From IMG/VR virus record IMGVR_UViG_3300043464_002149: 64,000 bases of DNA. One strand, 5' to 3'. Positions 19,558 through 28,989 of the stretch are shown piece by piece. The notes beneath the pieces are model-generated. The model made no database searches. It saw only the letters and a list, made by a program, of their open reading frames with translations, and was not told the DNA's origin. A program made the position numbers and the translations under genes. How positions within the stretch are numbered: the first letter of the stretch is position 1; each line of letters starts with the position of its first letter. Source of the DNA: a virus. Its lineage: Duplodnaviria > Caudoviricetes.

Positions 19558-21006
19558 TTAATAAAGTATTGTATTATTATCTTCTGTTAAGGTATATTCT
19601 CCAGATTCTATTAATAATCCATCTGAAAAATATCCAATTAATTCGTCTTCACAGTCTAAACCACATATGAAGAAATCATATTGATTTAATCTTGTTAAGA
19701 AGTTATGTCTTACGTGGACAAAATCTAGGGGTTCTTCATAATATTTTATTGATTTTATATTAAAGCAACATACACCCCTGTGGTTGATGTCCATCTGTTG
19801 TGACCCTCCCCAAGATTGGATAAATGGTTGTGATCCTCTATTTGATGCCACAACCTCCTCCCAGTTTTCTTTTTTATATATTGGCCTACCGTTTAAATAA
19901 ATTTTTAATGTACCCAATCTTCTTTGTCTTTCATCCGCCCACTTTTTGTTTAAAAATTCATATTTTTCTTCATAAGAAGCAATTTGATTACTCGTTACGG
20001 CGGTAACTACGGTATCTCTATAATCTTCAATTTTCCAACCTAATAAATCATTCCAACCACCATGATTTTCAACATCACAATCTGTGTAGTGTTTATATCT
20101 ATCAAATACTATTGTTATATTAAAATCTTTTGTTTGATCCGTTGTACATAATTGAGGTGTAACGTCTGATTCAACATAATAACTTTCAGTATATCCACTA
20201 GTAGTATGGCAATAACCAGAATATCTTGTGGCAGTCCACATTATTTTTCTGTCTGAAGTAAAACCAAAAGACAAACTATTATCTGCGATACTTGAATAAT
20301 CGCTTGGACCTCCAGAGCCAAAATAATAAAACTTACCACCTGCTGACCATGGTAATGACTCTCTATTAAATATAAAATCCAGTGACCAACCCTTTTCTGT
20401 TCTTCTTTTTATGATTGGAGAAGAACATTCGTTTGGTTCAGGTTGTATAAATTGGTACGCCCAGGGCTTAACACCATATTTTGGGGTAATACCGCAACAC
20501 GCGGTAGGTCTTTGTAGTTTACCTGTACATTTATAATAAAAATACTCGTCAACAAAGCTTGAAATTATATCAGCTTCATTAATACCCATATTCAAATCTA
20601 TAAAGATTGGATTATTATAACCGGTTATTCTCATGTAATGTACCTTACCATCATTATCATTAAACAAATAAACGTCATTATTTAATATTTGATATTTGTG
20701 GTAAAAACTTAAACCATCACAAAAAGCATCAAAGCTTATTGTTGTTGAATATCCAGAATATGGATATGACGAGTTATTTACCCTATTATCATACTCAGAT
20801 AAGGTAATTGTGGTTCTAACACAAGCAAAATCCTCTAAACTATCATTTATTTTAAGAGTAGAGTAAGTTATTGGTCTTGATAAATCTAAAACATCATCAT
20901 TATGATCATCTATAACCTTTGCTATCTCATAATCATAAAATTCTGAAGTATCTAGCTTAGAATCCAGTTTAGTTCCATAAAACTTTAAAATATTCTGGCT
21001 GTTCAT
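19558..21006 (-). CDS. virion protein with concanavalin-like C-terminal region
   Basis: ORF track starts at 21027; ATG 21006 lies 6 nt after TATTTAT. LKIYLNGRPI...IKYYEEPL, ending LLIESGEYTLTEDNNTILY. Confidence 0.5.
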   Translation of the reverse strand: MNSQNILKFYGTKLDSKLDTSEFYDYEIAKVIDDHNDDVLDLSRPITYSTLKINDSLEDFACVRTTITLSEYDNRVNNSSYPYSGYSTTISFDAFCDGLSFYHKYQILNNDVYLFNDNDGKVHYMRITGYNNPIFIDLNMGINEADIISSFVDEYFYYKCTGKLQRPTACCGITPKYGVKPWAYQFIQPEPNECSSPIIKRRTEKGWSLDFIFNRESLPWSAGGKFYYFGSGGPSDYSSIADNSLSFGFTSDRKIMWTATRYSGYCHTTSGYTESYYVESDVTPQLCTTDQTKDFNITIVFDRYKHYTDCDVENHGGWNDLLGWKIEDYRDTVVTAVTSNQIASYEEKYEFLNKKWADERQRRLGTLKIYLNGRPIYKKENWEEVVASNRGSQPFIQSWGGSQQMDINHRGVCCFNIKSIKYYEEPLDFVHVRHNFLTRLNQYDFFICGLDCEDELIGYFSDGLLIESGEYTLTEDNNTILY

Positions 21007-21059
21007 ATTTAGATAAATATCTTTCATAGGATTTGATATTTATATAAAAAACCATTTAG

Positions 21060-21791
21060 ATGAATAATTTTATTAAACAAGTGATTGAAGAAAAGTTTGC
21101 ATCAAAAGCACAGCAAAGATTTTTCTATGCTCAGGCCGGTAAAGGGGGTAAAAAAGGTAAGAAGTGGGCAAAATGGGCTAAAGAATTCTCAGCAGATACG
21201 GATTTTAAAAAAATACCGGAAAAAGCAGAAAAAGAAGATGAAATTGAAGAAATTGTTGATGATAAGGGAAATATCAAAAGAAGTGATGTTCCATTAGTAA
21301 TAAAAAAGAGCACAATTGGATCAAAGAAGAGAACAGACAAAGTTGTCAAAACTGGTGCTGGTGCAATGGGAACTCATGGTGTTCACGGTACACATACAAC
21401 TTTAAAATATTGGGCTGAATCTGATATGAGTGGAGCTTTAGGGTATGATGATACTCTTGGTGATGACGCGACATATGATCAAGCATATGAACATTTCACA
21501 AAAAAACTAGGATTAAGTGATGAAGAAGCTAAAGAAAGATTAAAAGCACTTGGATACATTCCTGGAGAAAAAGATCTAGTTAGACTTGTTGAAAATCCTA
21601 AAAAATATATGAACGATTATATTGAAAGTGTTTTAGTTAAAAAAACTGACGATACTGACGTTCTAAGTAAAGACGAAAATAAGGTGGAATTAAACCCACT
21701 TATTAAAAAACAAATTGATTCCTTGAAAAAATCCTTAAAAAACAATAATATATCTATAGATAAGATTATAAATCATTTGAAAAGTGAATAG
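21060..21791 (+). CDS. hypothetical protein, probable head-associated/internal protein
   Basis: VIEE-KFASKAQQRFFYA module, several xxE-S/N sites, TATTTAT upstream. Confidence 0.5.
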   Translation: MNNFIKQVIEEKFASKAQQRFFYAQAGKGGKKGKKWAKWAKEFSADTDFKKIPEKAEKEDEIEEIVDDKGNIKRSDVPLVIKKSTIGSKKRTDKVVKTGAGAMGTHGVHGTHTTLKYWAESDMSGALGYDDTLGDDATYDQAYEHFTKKLGLSDEEAKERLKALGYIPGEKDLVRLVENPKKYMNDYIESVLVKKTDDTDVLSKDENKVELNPLIKKQIDSLKKSLKNNNISIDKIINHLKSE

Positions 21792-22278
21792 TCAATTAAA
21801 AGACAATGTGTATGATGTTCCAAACGATGTTTTGGAAAAAATAACTTCAGCTTTATCTTCTGTGAGTGATGAATCAACTCATGGCGTACAAAGAGCAAAA
21901 AGGCTTTGTTCTGAAAAGAAGGTAACATATGGTCAATTAAAAAGAATTATACACGACATAAAAACAATAGATAAGGAAAATGATAATTTAAGGTATGAAT
22001 TGTATGGTGGTGAATTGATGGAAAAATGGGCAAATACATTTTTAGATGGTCAAAGAGGGTTAGTTAAATCGAAAAAACAATCATCACAAAAAATAAATAA
22101 TTTAACCGGAATGAATGGTGTAAGAAAGAATCCGTTCCTTAATACCCATAAAAAATCTGAAGAAAAACCAACCTACACAAATTTTTTAAAGTCTAATTCA
22201 GATAAAACTTCCGTATCACCAATAACCTCAACAGGTATTTTCGAAGAAGTTGAAAGAATAAAAAAATTAATGTTATAA
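21784..22278 (+). CDS. hypothetical protein
   Basis: GTG start coupled to the upstream stop; ends IFEEVERIKKLML. Confidence 0.6.
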   Translation: MNSQLKDNVYDVPNDVLEKITSALSSVSDESTHGVQRAKRLCSEKKVTYGQLKRIIHDIKTIDKENDNLRYELYGGELMEKWANTFLDGQRGLVKSKKQSSQKINNLTGMNGVRKNPFLNTHKKSEEKPTYTNFLKSNSDKTSVSPITSTGIFEEVERIKKLML

Positions 22279-22281
22279 ATT

Positions 22282-22935
22282 ATGCCAACACAATTAGAAA
22301 TAATCGCGGAAAAACAAAGACAAGAACATCTTTCTAGAAATTCCTATATTGAAAAAAATGGTTACTCATCAGTACACGAAAACGCATTATCAACAGGTGA
22401 CGATAAAGGTAAGGGTGAAACAGATAAGATAGGTTCATCTACCGACATTCAAACTAGAATGAGCAATATTGTTAAAAATACATATTCTGGAGAAAATTCT
22501 TATGGTATAAACAATCCTAACGCGTTATCTGATGGTGATGAAAGAGGAAAGGGTGAAACAATTACTATAGGATCGAAAACTGATATTAATACTAGAACAG
22601 AATTATTGTCTAGAAACATATATAGCAATACAAAAGGTTATGGCGTAAACAATCCGAATGCTATTTCAGATGGTGATGAAAAAGGTAAAGGAGATAATAA
22701 TGGAAAAGTTGGATCTCTAACTGATATTAACACAAGAACAGAATTAATAAACAAAAATGTTTATAAAGGTGATAATGGTTATTCAAGTATTCACCCTAAC
22801 GCATTATCTGACGGTGATATAAAAGGTAAAGGTGAAGTTAATACACAAGTTGGTTCTTCAGTAGATATTAATAATCGAATTGACTCAATTGCACGAAACA
22901 AATACGGGGAAACTAAAAGGTATCCAGATTTTTAA
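22282..22935 (+). CDS. protein made of four 46-47-aa repeats (NALSDGDxKGKGE...GSxxDIxxR)
   Basis: The repeats are visible in the translation. Confidence 0.7.
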   Translation: MPTQLEIIAEKQRQEHLSRNSYIEKNGYSSVHENALSTGDDKGKGETDKIGSSTDIQTRMSNIVKNTYSGENSYGINNPNALSDGDERGKGETITIGSKTDINTRTELLSRNIYSNTKGYGVNNPNAISDGDEKGKGDNNGKVGSLTDINTRTELINKNVYKGDNGYSSIHPNALSDGDIKGKGEVNTQVGSSVDINNRIDSIARNKYGETKRYPDF

Positions 22936-22936
22936 T

Positions 22937-23938
22937 ATGAAATTAGAAGAAATAATTGAAGAGCAATACGATTCAATTTTAAAGACCAGTAAAAATAGAC
23001 CATTGGTAGATGCTATTGTTAATAGACATCCTATTACTTTCTATTATAGTGGGCCAAGAAAACCTAAAAAGAAGAGTGTAAAAGCGGGTTACCGTGTTAA
23101 AGCCGAAGCAGTTGCTCTTGGCGCAAATAAGCATACAGGTAATTTAGTTCTAAGAGCATATATAGACGATCCGTCTAAATCAAAAAGAGGTACACCTACT
23201 AAAGTTGGTAAAGAAAAATCAAATTATGGTTGGAGGACATTTTTAGTAGCTAGAATGTCAAGTATTCAAGTTATTTCAAATGAAACCTTCAACACAATTA
23301 GAGACAAATATAATGGAGGCGCCGACGATGCTTCTATGAGTCTTACTTATGTTAAAACAGATTTTAGTTCAACCCCACCAAAACCAAAAATTGGCGACAC
23401 TAAAAAACCAGAGAAAAAACCTACAGCTGAACCCGAAAAACCAAAACCACCAACAATTACAAAACAAGCTAGAAACGTTGATGCTGAATTGAAAAAATTT
23501 GATGACGAATTAGCGACTATTGAAAATGAAATTCAGACCGCTTTAGCTTCATATAAAGAAAATAAAGGCACACCGGAAGAAAAGAAATTTATTGAGCAGT
23601 TAAAGGTTCTTGGTGATAAAAAGAAAGAATTATTAAATAAAATTGCTGACACTATCACTAATATTGGTAAAGACGTAAAACCGGAAGATAAGCCAAAAAT
23701 AAATGCATTTACTAGAAGGGTTTCAGCAAAAAAGAACGATCCCGAAACACTTATTCCGTTACCAGCAGAAAAACCAAGCAAAACACCTAATCAAAAAGAT
23801 CAAACACCTGAGGTAAAGGATAAAAAATTACCACAGGTACCTAAAAAAGAAAAACCAACTGAAGATCCTGATGATAATCGTTATGATTTAAATGAAAACT
23901 TTGTAAATCGAGTAAAAAAACTTATTTCATACTTTTAA
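22937..23938 (+). CDS. WYL-domain-like protein with a Lys/Pro-rich and coiled-coil tail
   Basis: AIVNRHPITFYY...RVKAEAVALG...LVLRAY...WRTFLVARMSSIQV..ETF matches the WYL pattern. ATG 22937 follows the upstream stop (ORF track 22880). Confidence 0.55.
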   Translation: MKLEEIIEEQYDSILKTSKNRPLVDAIVNRHPITFYYSGPRKPKKKSVKAGYRVKAEAVALGANKHTGNLVLRAYIDDPSKSKRGTPTKVGKEKSNYGWRTFLVARMSSIQVISNETFNTIRDKYNGGADDASMSLTYVKTDFSSTPPKPKIGDTKKPEKKPTAEPEKPKPPTITKQARNVDAELKKFDDELATIENEIQTALASYKENKGTPEEKKFIEQLKVLGDKKKELLNKIADTITNIGKDVKPEDKPKINAFTRRVSAKKNDPETLIPLPAEKPSKTPNQKDQTPEVKDKKLPQVPKKEKPTEDPDDNRYDLNENFVNRVKKLISYF

Positions 23939-23977
23939 CTTTATTTTAATCAAACAAACAAATATATTTATAATATT

Positions 23978-24529
23978 ATGGGAAACGGTACAATATCAGA
24001 AAATGATTTAATGCACAAATTAGTGCAAGCAAAAAAAGTAATGAATAAAGTTGACGGCGGTGACTTCGAAAGAGGGCACGTCAATGAAAACATTTTAAAA
24101 AGTGCACCAGAAGATATCACACCACAATCTGTATCTGCAACTAGAGAAATGCCAGTGCCTAATATAGATAAAATAAAACAATCTAAATTACCGGACGCTA
24201 TTAAACAAGCGTATATCGATAACCCAATTCCACAAATATCATTAAATGAAACCTTAGATATGGATTTTGTAAAAGGGGCAAAAAAATTAATGGAAAAAGA
24301 AGGTTTAAGTAAACCAACCCCTCAACAAAAACAAACAACTGGTACAGCAAATATTGATATGAACGCAATAGCTGTTTTAATTGAGAACACCGTTCGTAAG
24401 GTTATGGATGAAAAATTAAATCAAATTCTAACAGCACAACAAACAACATCAATAAATGAAAATCTGGTGTTGAAAGTTGGTGATTCTGTTTTCAAAGGTA
24501 AGATTACCGGCGTAAACAAAGCTAAGTAA
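23978..24529 (+). CDS. hypothetical protein, probable head-associated
   Basis: ISE-N, VNE-N, LNE-T, INE-N sites; TATTTAT 6 nt upstream of ATG. Confidence 0.5.
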   Translation: MGNGTISENDLMHKLVQAKKVMNKVDGGDFERGHVNENILKSAPEDITPQSVSATREMPVPNIDKIKQSKLPDAIKQAYIDNPIPQISLNETLDMDFVKGAKKLMEKEGLSKPTPQQKQTTGTANIDMNAIAVLIENTVRKVMDEKLNQILTAQQTTSINENLVLKVGDSVFKGKITGVNKAK

Positions 24530-24580
24530 TATTCACTTTTATTTTTTATTTCCTTATAATAGACATATAAGATTAAAAAA

Positions 24581-25807
24581 ATGTCTAAAATAAGAGTATT
24601 AGCTATTCCATCTGATAGCCACGGTGTTGGTAAGTACAGAGTACTAGATCCATTTAAATTTATTGGTAATAAACATTCTGATGAAATTCATGTAGATATT
24701 GTAATGAATTTAGAAGACAATGATAGCGTATTTGATAATTACGATGTTGTTGTTTTCCATAGTTTTATTCATATGGCTCCTCATGAAAGAAACATGGAAA
24801 GAATTGAATGGTTAAAAAAACGAGGAATCAAAGTCGTAATGGACATTGATGATTTTTGGTCTGTAGATCAAAGACACCCAATGTATGAACAAATTAAAAA
24901 ACAAAACATAGCAGAAAAAAAAGTTTTATTTTTAAAAGCTGCTGATTATATAACATGTACTACTGAATCTTTTGCAAACGAAATTAAAAAACGAATAGGT
25001 GCAAAAAATGTATTTGTTTTTCCTAATGCTGTTGATGACACAGAACCACAGTTTCAATCAAACCCAATTAAGTCTGATAAGATTCGATTCGGTTGGTTAG
25101 GTGGATCTTCACATTTGCACGATATTGAACTAATGAAAAGCGGTATTGAAACCACACAAAACCAATATAAAGATAAATCACAATTTGTTTTATGTGGGTT
25201 CGATTTAAGAGGTAGTGTTCACGAAATTGATAGATCAACCGGTCAAGTAACACAAAGACCAATATTACCACATGAAACAGTTTGGTCAAAATATGAAAGT
25301 ATTTTTACTTCTGGTTATAAAGTTTTAGACACAGATTATAAAAACTTTCTATTATCATATACCCAATCAGATTATCCAACTATGGATGTTCCATACGTGA
25401 GAAGATGGACACAAGATATTAACAAATACGCATTGAATTACAATTATTTTGATGTTTCATTAGCCCCACTAGTTGAATCACATTTCAATTCTTGTAAATC
25501 TCAGTTAAAAGTTATTGAGGCAGGATTTCACAAAAAAGCGATTATTGCAAGTGAAAATATGCCATATACTCTAGATTTAATTTCAGCAGTTGATGAAGGT
25601 AAATTCAAAGATACAGGTAATGCGTTGATGGTATCTTCTAGAAAAAACCACAAAGATTGGGGAAAACATATGAAAAGATTAATTGAAAACCCTAATATGA
25701 TTGAAGATTTGGGTAATAGATTATATGAAACTGTTAAGGACAAATACGCACTAAAAAATGTTTGCGCTGACCGCGTTCAATTTCTCAAATCCATAGTAAA
25801 TAAATAA
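24581..25807 (+). CDS. GT-B fold glycosyltransferase (GT4-like)
   Basis: GVGKYRVLDP, VVMDIDD, RFGWLGGSSH, DVSLAPL...CKSQLKVIEAG. Confidence 0.8.
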   Translation: MSKIRVLAIPSDSHGVGKYRVLDPFKFIGNKHSDEIHVDIVMNLEDNDSVFDNYDVVVFHSFIHMAPHERNMERIEWLKKRGIKVVMDIDDFWSVDQRHPMYEQIKKQNIAEKKVLFLKAADYITCTTESFANEIKKRIGAKNVFVFPNAVDDTEPQFQSNPIKSDKIRFGWLGGSSHLHDIELMKSGIETTQNQYKDKSQFVLCGFDLRGSVHEIDRSTGQVTQRPILPHETVWSKYESIFTSGYKVLDTDYKNFLLSYTQSDYPTMDVPYVRRWTQDINKYALNYNYFDVSLAPLVESHFNSCKSQLKVIEAGFHKKAIIASENMPYTLDLISAVDEGKFKDTGNALMVSSRKNHKDWGKHMKRLIENPNMIEDLGNRLYETVKDKYALKNVCADRVQFLKSIVNK

Positions 25808-25866
25808 TTTTTGGTTTTTTGAAAAAAAATGACTATATTAGTTTATAACATTAAAATCAAAAAATT

Positions 25867-26097
25867 ATGTATTACTTAGTTACAATCGGTTATGAAACCG
25901 AACAAATGGACAGAGAGGGTAACCCTAGAATTAAAAAAGTAAAATACGTCCTCCAGGCGGAATCAGTTGAAGAAGCAACAATCGTTGCTGGCAAATACAG
26001 ATCTGGCGACATTAGAGGAAGTGAAAGCTTAAGTATAGCAAAAATGCCAATTGAATGTGTAATAGACGCGAAAAACACTCCGGAATATTACAAGTAA
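25867..26097 (+). CDS. DUF4494-like small protein
   Basis: YLVTIGYE...KKVKYVLQAESVEEA pattern recalled from Bacteroidota and their phages. Confidence 0.5.
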   Translation: MYYLVTIGYETEQMDREGNPRIKKVKYVLQAESVEEATIVAGKYRSGDIRGSESLSIAKMPIECVIDAKNTPEYYK

Positions 26098-26098
26098 A

Positions 26099-26668
26099 AT
26101 GATTTCGAAAGAAAAAATTGAAAAAAACAAAAACAAGTTTCTTGAAGTAAATGAAACTTACAGCATTTTTACAAAAGAGTTAGAAGAGTTTCTGGGTGAT
26201 GATTTTTATCATTGCCCAGCTTCTCCTTCTCTGGATTTATACGGAGCGTATCCAGGTGGTTTATTGGATCATCTTTTAAAGGTTTGTAAATATTCCCTTT
26301 ACATAAATGATATTCTACCTGAAAAAATAAAATTAGAAAAAAACAAAATAATAAAAACTGTTTTTTTATCTCAAATAGGAAAAGTCTTCTTATTTAAACC
26401 AAATCAAAGCGAATGGCACAGAATTAATCAAGGTAAAATGTATGTATACCAAACAGAAGGTATGATAGCAATGAAACCGGGTGAAAGAAGTGCATATTAC
26501 GCATTAAAATATGGTTGTAATTTAACTGAAGATGAATACCAGTCAATAATTAACACAGATAAAGATTCTGATGATAAAATGGCAAAATGGCATTCATCAA
26601 TGTTATCACAGATATTAAAACACGGATTTGAACTAGCATTAATAGAAGAAAAATATGGAAGCAAATAG
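26099..26668 (+). CDS. YhaM-like HD-fold protein with a degenerate active site
   Basis: CPAS...AYPGGLLDHLLKV is present, but the expected HDIGK reads SQIGK. Confidence 0.55.
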   Translation: MISKEKIEKNKNKFLEVNETYSIFTKELEEFLGDDFYHCPASPSLDLYGAYPGGLLDHLLKVCKYSLYINDILPEKIKLEKNKIIKTVFLSQIGKVFLFKPNQSEWHRINQGKMYVYQTEGMIAMKPGERSAYYALKYGCNLTEDEYQSIINTDKDSDDKMAKWHSSMLSQILKHGFELALIEEKYGSK

Positions 26669-27272
26669 TAATTTTTTGAACATCTTAGAAAAACTTAAAG
26701 AGTACGAATCTATTTTATCTACGGATGAAAACGCAGATTTAGATGAAACTTTAGTAAATGAAATAAACCAAACATTAGATGAGTTGAATGAAGAAGTTTA
26801 TACCGCACAAGCGAAAGAGTTTTCTTCATTTTTTATTAAATTCATTAATAAATCAACAAATGAAGATCCCAAGTTTGCTTATGAGGGGGATAGTGGATTT
26901 GACTTAAGAGCAGACATTGAAGAGCCTATTGTGATACAACCTTTTAAGCGGGTTTTAGTACCAACAGGATTATATTTTGAATTGGTTAAAGGTATTGAAA
27001 TACAAGTTAGACCAAGAAGTGGTTTAGCAGTAAAACATGGTATTACTGTGTTAAATAGCCCAGGAACCGTTGATAGCCACTATAGAGGCGAGGTCAAAGT
27101 ACCATTAATAAATCTAGGCGAAGAGCCTTTTAAGATTGAAAAGGGTGACAGAATAGCTCAGGCTGTGGTTTGTCCAGTATTTGGGGAAGGTAAAATTCAA
27201 TTAACTAAAACGGACGAAATAAACGACACACCTAGAGGAGAAGGCGGCTTTAATTCTAGTGGTATTAAGTGA
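26655..27272 (+). CDS. dut: trimeric dUTPase with an acidic N-terminal extension
   Basis: DSGFDL, PTG, RPRSGLA, PGTVDSHYRGEV, GDRIAQ, RGEGGFNSSG. Confidence 0.93.
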   Translation: MEANSNFLNILEKLKEYESILSTDENADLDETLVNEINQTLDELNEEVYTAQAKEFSSFFIKFINKSTNEDPKFAYEGDSGFDLRADIEEPIVIQPFKRVLVPTGLYFELVKGIEIQVRPRSGLAVKHGITVLNSPGTVDSHYRGEVKVPLINLGEEPFKIEKGDRIAQAVVCPVFGEGKIQLTKTDEINDTPRGEGGFNSSGIK

Positions 27273-27318
27273 TATTTATAAAGGTGAAAAATAACCGTTA
27301 AAATTAAAAATTAAAGTT

Positions 27319-28032
27319 TTGATAAAATCAAGAAATAAAACCGTCGTTTTAGAAGAGAGAAAAACACCACATAAGCAAAGAATCAAAGAACTGATCAAAA
27401 AGCCCAAAGAGAAATTTTTAACACAATCACAAGAAGAATATTGGAGAATATTGGGTGAAAATCAAATAACATTATGTTTTGGCCCAGCCGGGGTTGGTAA
27501 ATCTTACATAGCCATGAAAAGAGCTATAGATCTACTTTGGGATGACGATAACAAATATGAGAAGATTATTATTGTTAGACCAGCAGTTGAAGCTGAAGAG
27601 AAGTTAGGCTCACTTCCTGGCGGTTTAGAAGAAAAGTTAGACCCATACATTTATCCTTCATATTATCTTTTAAATAAGATTATTGGGAAAGAAGCGAGAG
27701 AAAGAATGAAAGATGAGGGATATATTGAAGTTGCTGCATTGGCTTACATGAGAGGTTGGAACGTTGATAATACAATCCTAGTTTTTGAAGAAGCACAAAA
27801 CGCAACACCAGCACAAATAAAATTATTACTAACAAGAATCGGTTTTAATTCAAAATTTTTCCTATCTGGTGATTTAGAACAATCAGATAAATTTAAAGAT
27901 AAAACTAAAACGGGTCTTTACGATGCTAAGAAAAGATTAGAAAATGTTAGAGGCATTGGAATTTTTGAATTTGGAAATGAAGATATCGTTAGAAACCCAA
28001 TTATCGGCGAAATCTTGAAAAGATACGAGTAA
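27319..28032 (+). CDS. phoH: PhoH-family ATPase
   Basis: FGPAGVGKS, IVRPAVE..EKLGSLPG, LAYMRG, EEAQN, LTRIG, GDLEQSD, DIVRNP. Confidence 0.93.
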   Translation: MIKSRNKTVVLEERKTPHKQRIKELIKKPKEKFLTQSQEEYWRILGENQITLCFGPAGVGKSYIAMKRAIDLLWDDDNKYEKIIIVRPAVEAEEKLGSLPGGLEEKLDPYIYPSYYLLNKIIGKEARERMKDEGYIEVAALAYMRGWNVDNTILVFEEAQNATPAQIKLLLTRIGFNSKFFLSGDLEQSDKFKDKTKTGLYDAKKRLENVRGIGIFEFGNEDIVRNPIIGEILKRYE

Positions 28033-28075
28033 TTACCCATTTACTTTATTAAATTTAAACCCTATCTTTTGAAAT

Positions 28076-28717
28076 ATGAACATATATATTTCAATTGATG
28101 GGGTTTTACGTAATTTCATAAATAGATTTCATTATCATTATGAAAATGCATACATCGATGTTGATGTAGAGGCAAGTGAAGATAAGTTTGATTACAAAGT
28201 AATTGAACCTATAACAAATCTAGATCTATCAGATCATTTTCTTTTTCAATCTAAGGAGCAAAAAGATTTTTTTCAGTACATTGAATATCCAATGGAACTT
28301 TATGGCCATTCTCCGGTGAGTTATAACAATGTATATAACGAACTAAATAAATTTGTTTATGATTACAAAGATCATAATGTCACAATCATTGGTTTAGACG
28401 AACTAGGTAAAGCAAGACCTGCAACATTCTTTTTTTTATCTAGAAGTGGTTTTATGGTAAACAATATCAAATTTGTTCTAAGTAAAGATTTAGAAAAAGA
28501 ATGGGAGAATGTTGATGTTTGGATAAGTGATTCTGAAAAAATATTACAACATAAACCAAAGGATAAAGAATTTATATTGTTTAAAACACAATATAACCAA
28601 CACTTTACTTATGAAAAAACAATTAATAAATTAAGTGATATCAATATTGATGGAAATAATATATTAATTGATATTAATAAAAACGAAAAACTAATAACAG
28701 ATGGCGGAATTTTATAA
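28076..28717 (+). CDS. HAD-like 5'(3')-deoxyribonucleotidase homologue with a degenerate motif I
   Basis: N-terminal IYISIDGVLRNF (canonical DxDGV has Asp at the first position); YNQHF near the C-terminus. Confidence 0.5.
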   Translation: MNIYISIDGVLRNFINRFHYHYENAYIDVDVEASEDKFDYKVIEPITNLDLSDHFLFQSKEQKDFFQYIEYPMELYGHSPVSYNNVYNELNKFVYDYKDHNVTIIGLDELGKARPATFFFLSRSGFMVNNIKFVLSKDLEKEWENVDVWISDSEKILQHKPKDKEFILFKTQYNQHFTYEKTINKLSDINIDGNNILIDINKNEKLITDGGIL

Positions 28718-28985
28718 CAAAAACTATTACATCGATATCGATGGAATGATAGAAAAATGTAGAACAGGCGGTACTCTACAAGATGAGGATGGGAAAGACG
28801 TTATGGAAATAAATGTTTTCAAATATGAACTTTTAAAAATGATGTTAGATAGAGTACTAAATGAAATTGATGATATTGAAGAGGATGATGTTCTTTCTTC
28901 ATTAAAACCAAGTCCAAGTTCATTATCATTTAACCTAGCATTCAACACCCTAATTCAATACGGAATAATAAACGAAGAAATATAA
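28701..28985 (+). CDS. hypothetical protein
   Basis: 94-aa ORF overlapping its neighbours in an operon. Confidence 0.6.
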   Translation: MAEFYNKNYYIDIDGMIEKCRTGGTLQDEDGKDVMEINVFKYELLKMMLDRVLNEIDDIEEDDVLSSLKPSPSSLSFNLAFNTLIQYGIINEEI

Positions 28986-28989
28986 AAAA

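Noticed and set aside
27319-28032. PhoH (and dUTPase, Hsp20) as novel auxiliary genes
   Set aside because: These are common in large lytic phages and not unusual by themselves.
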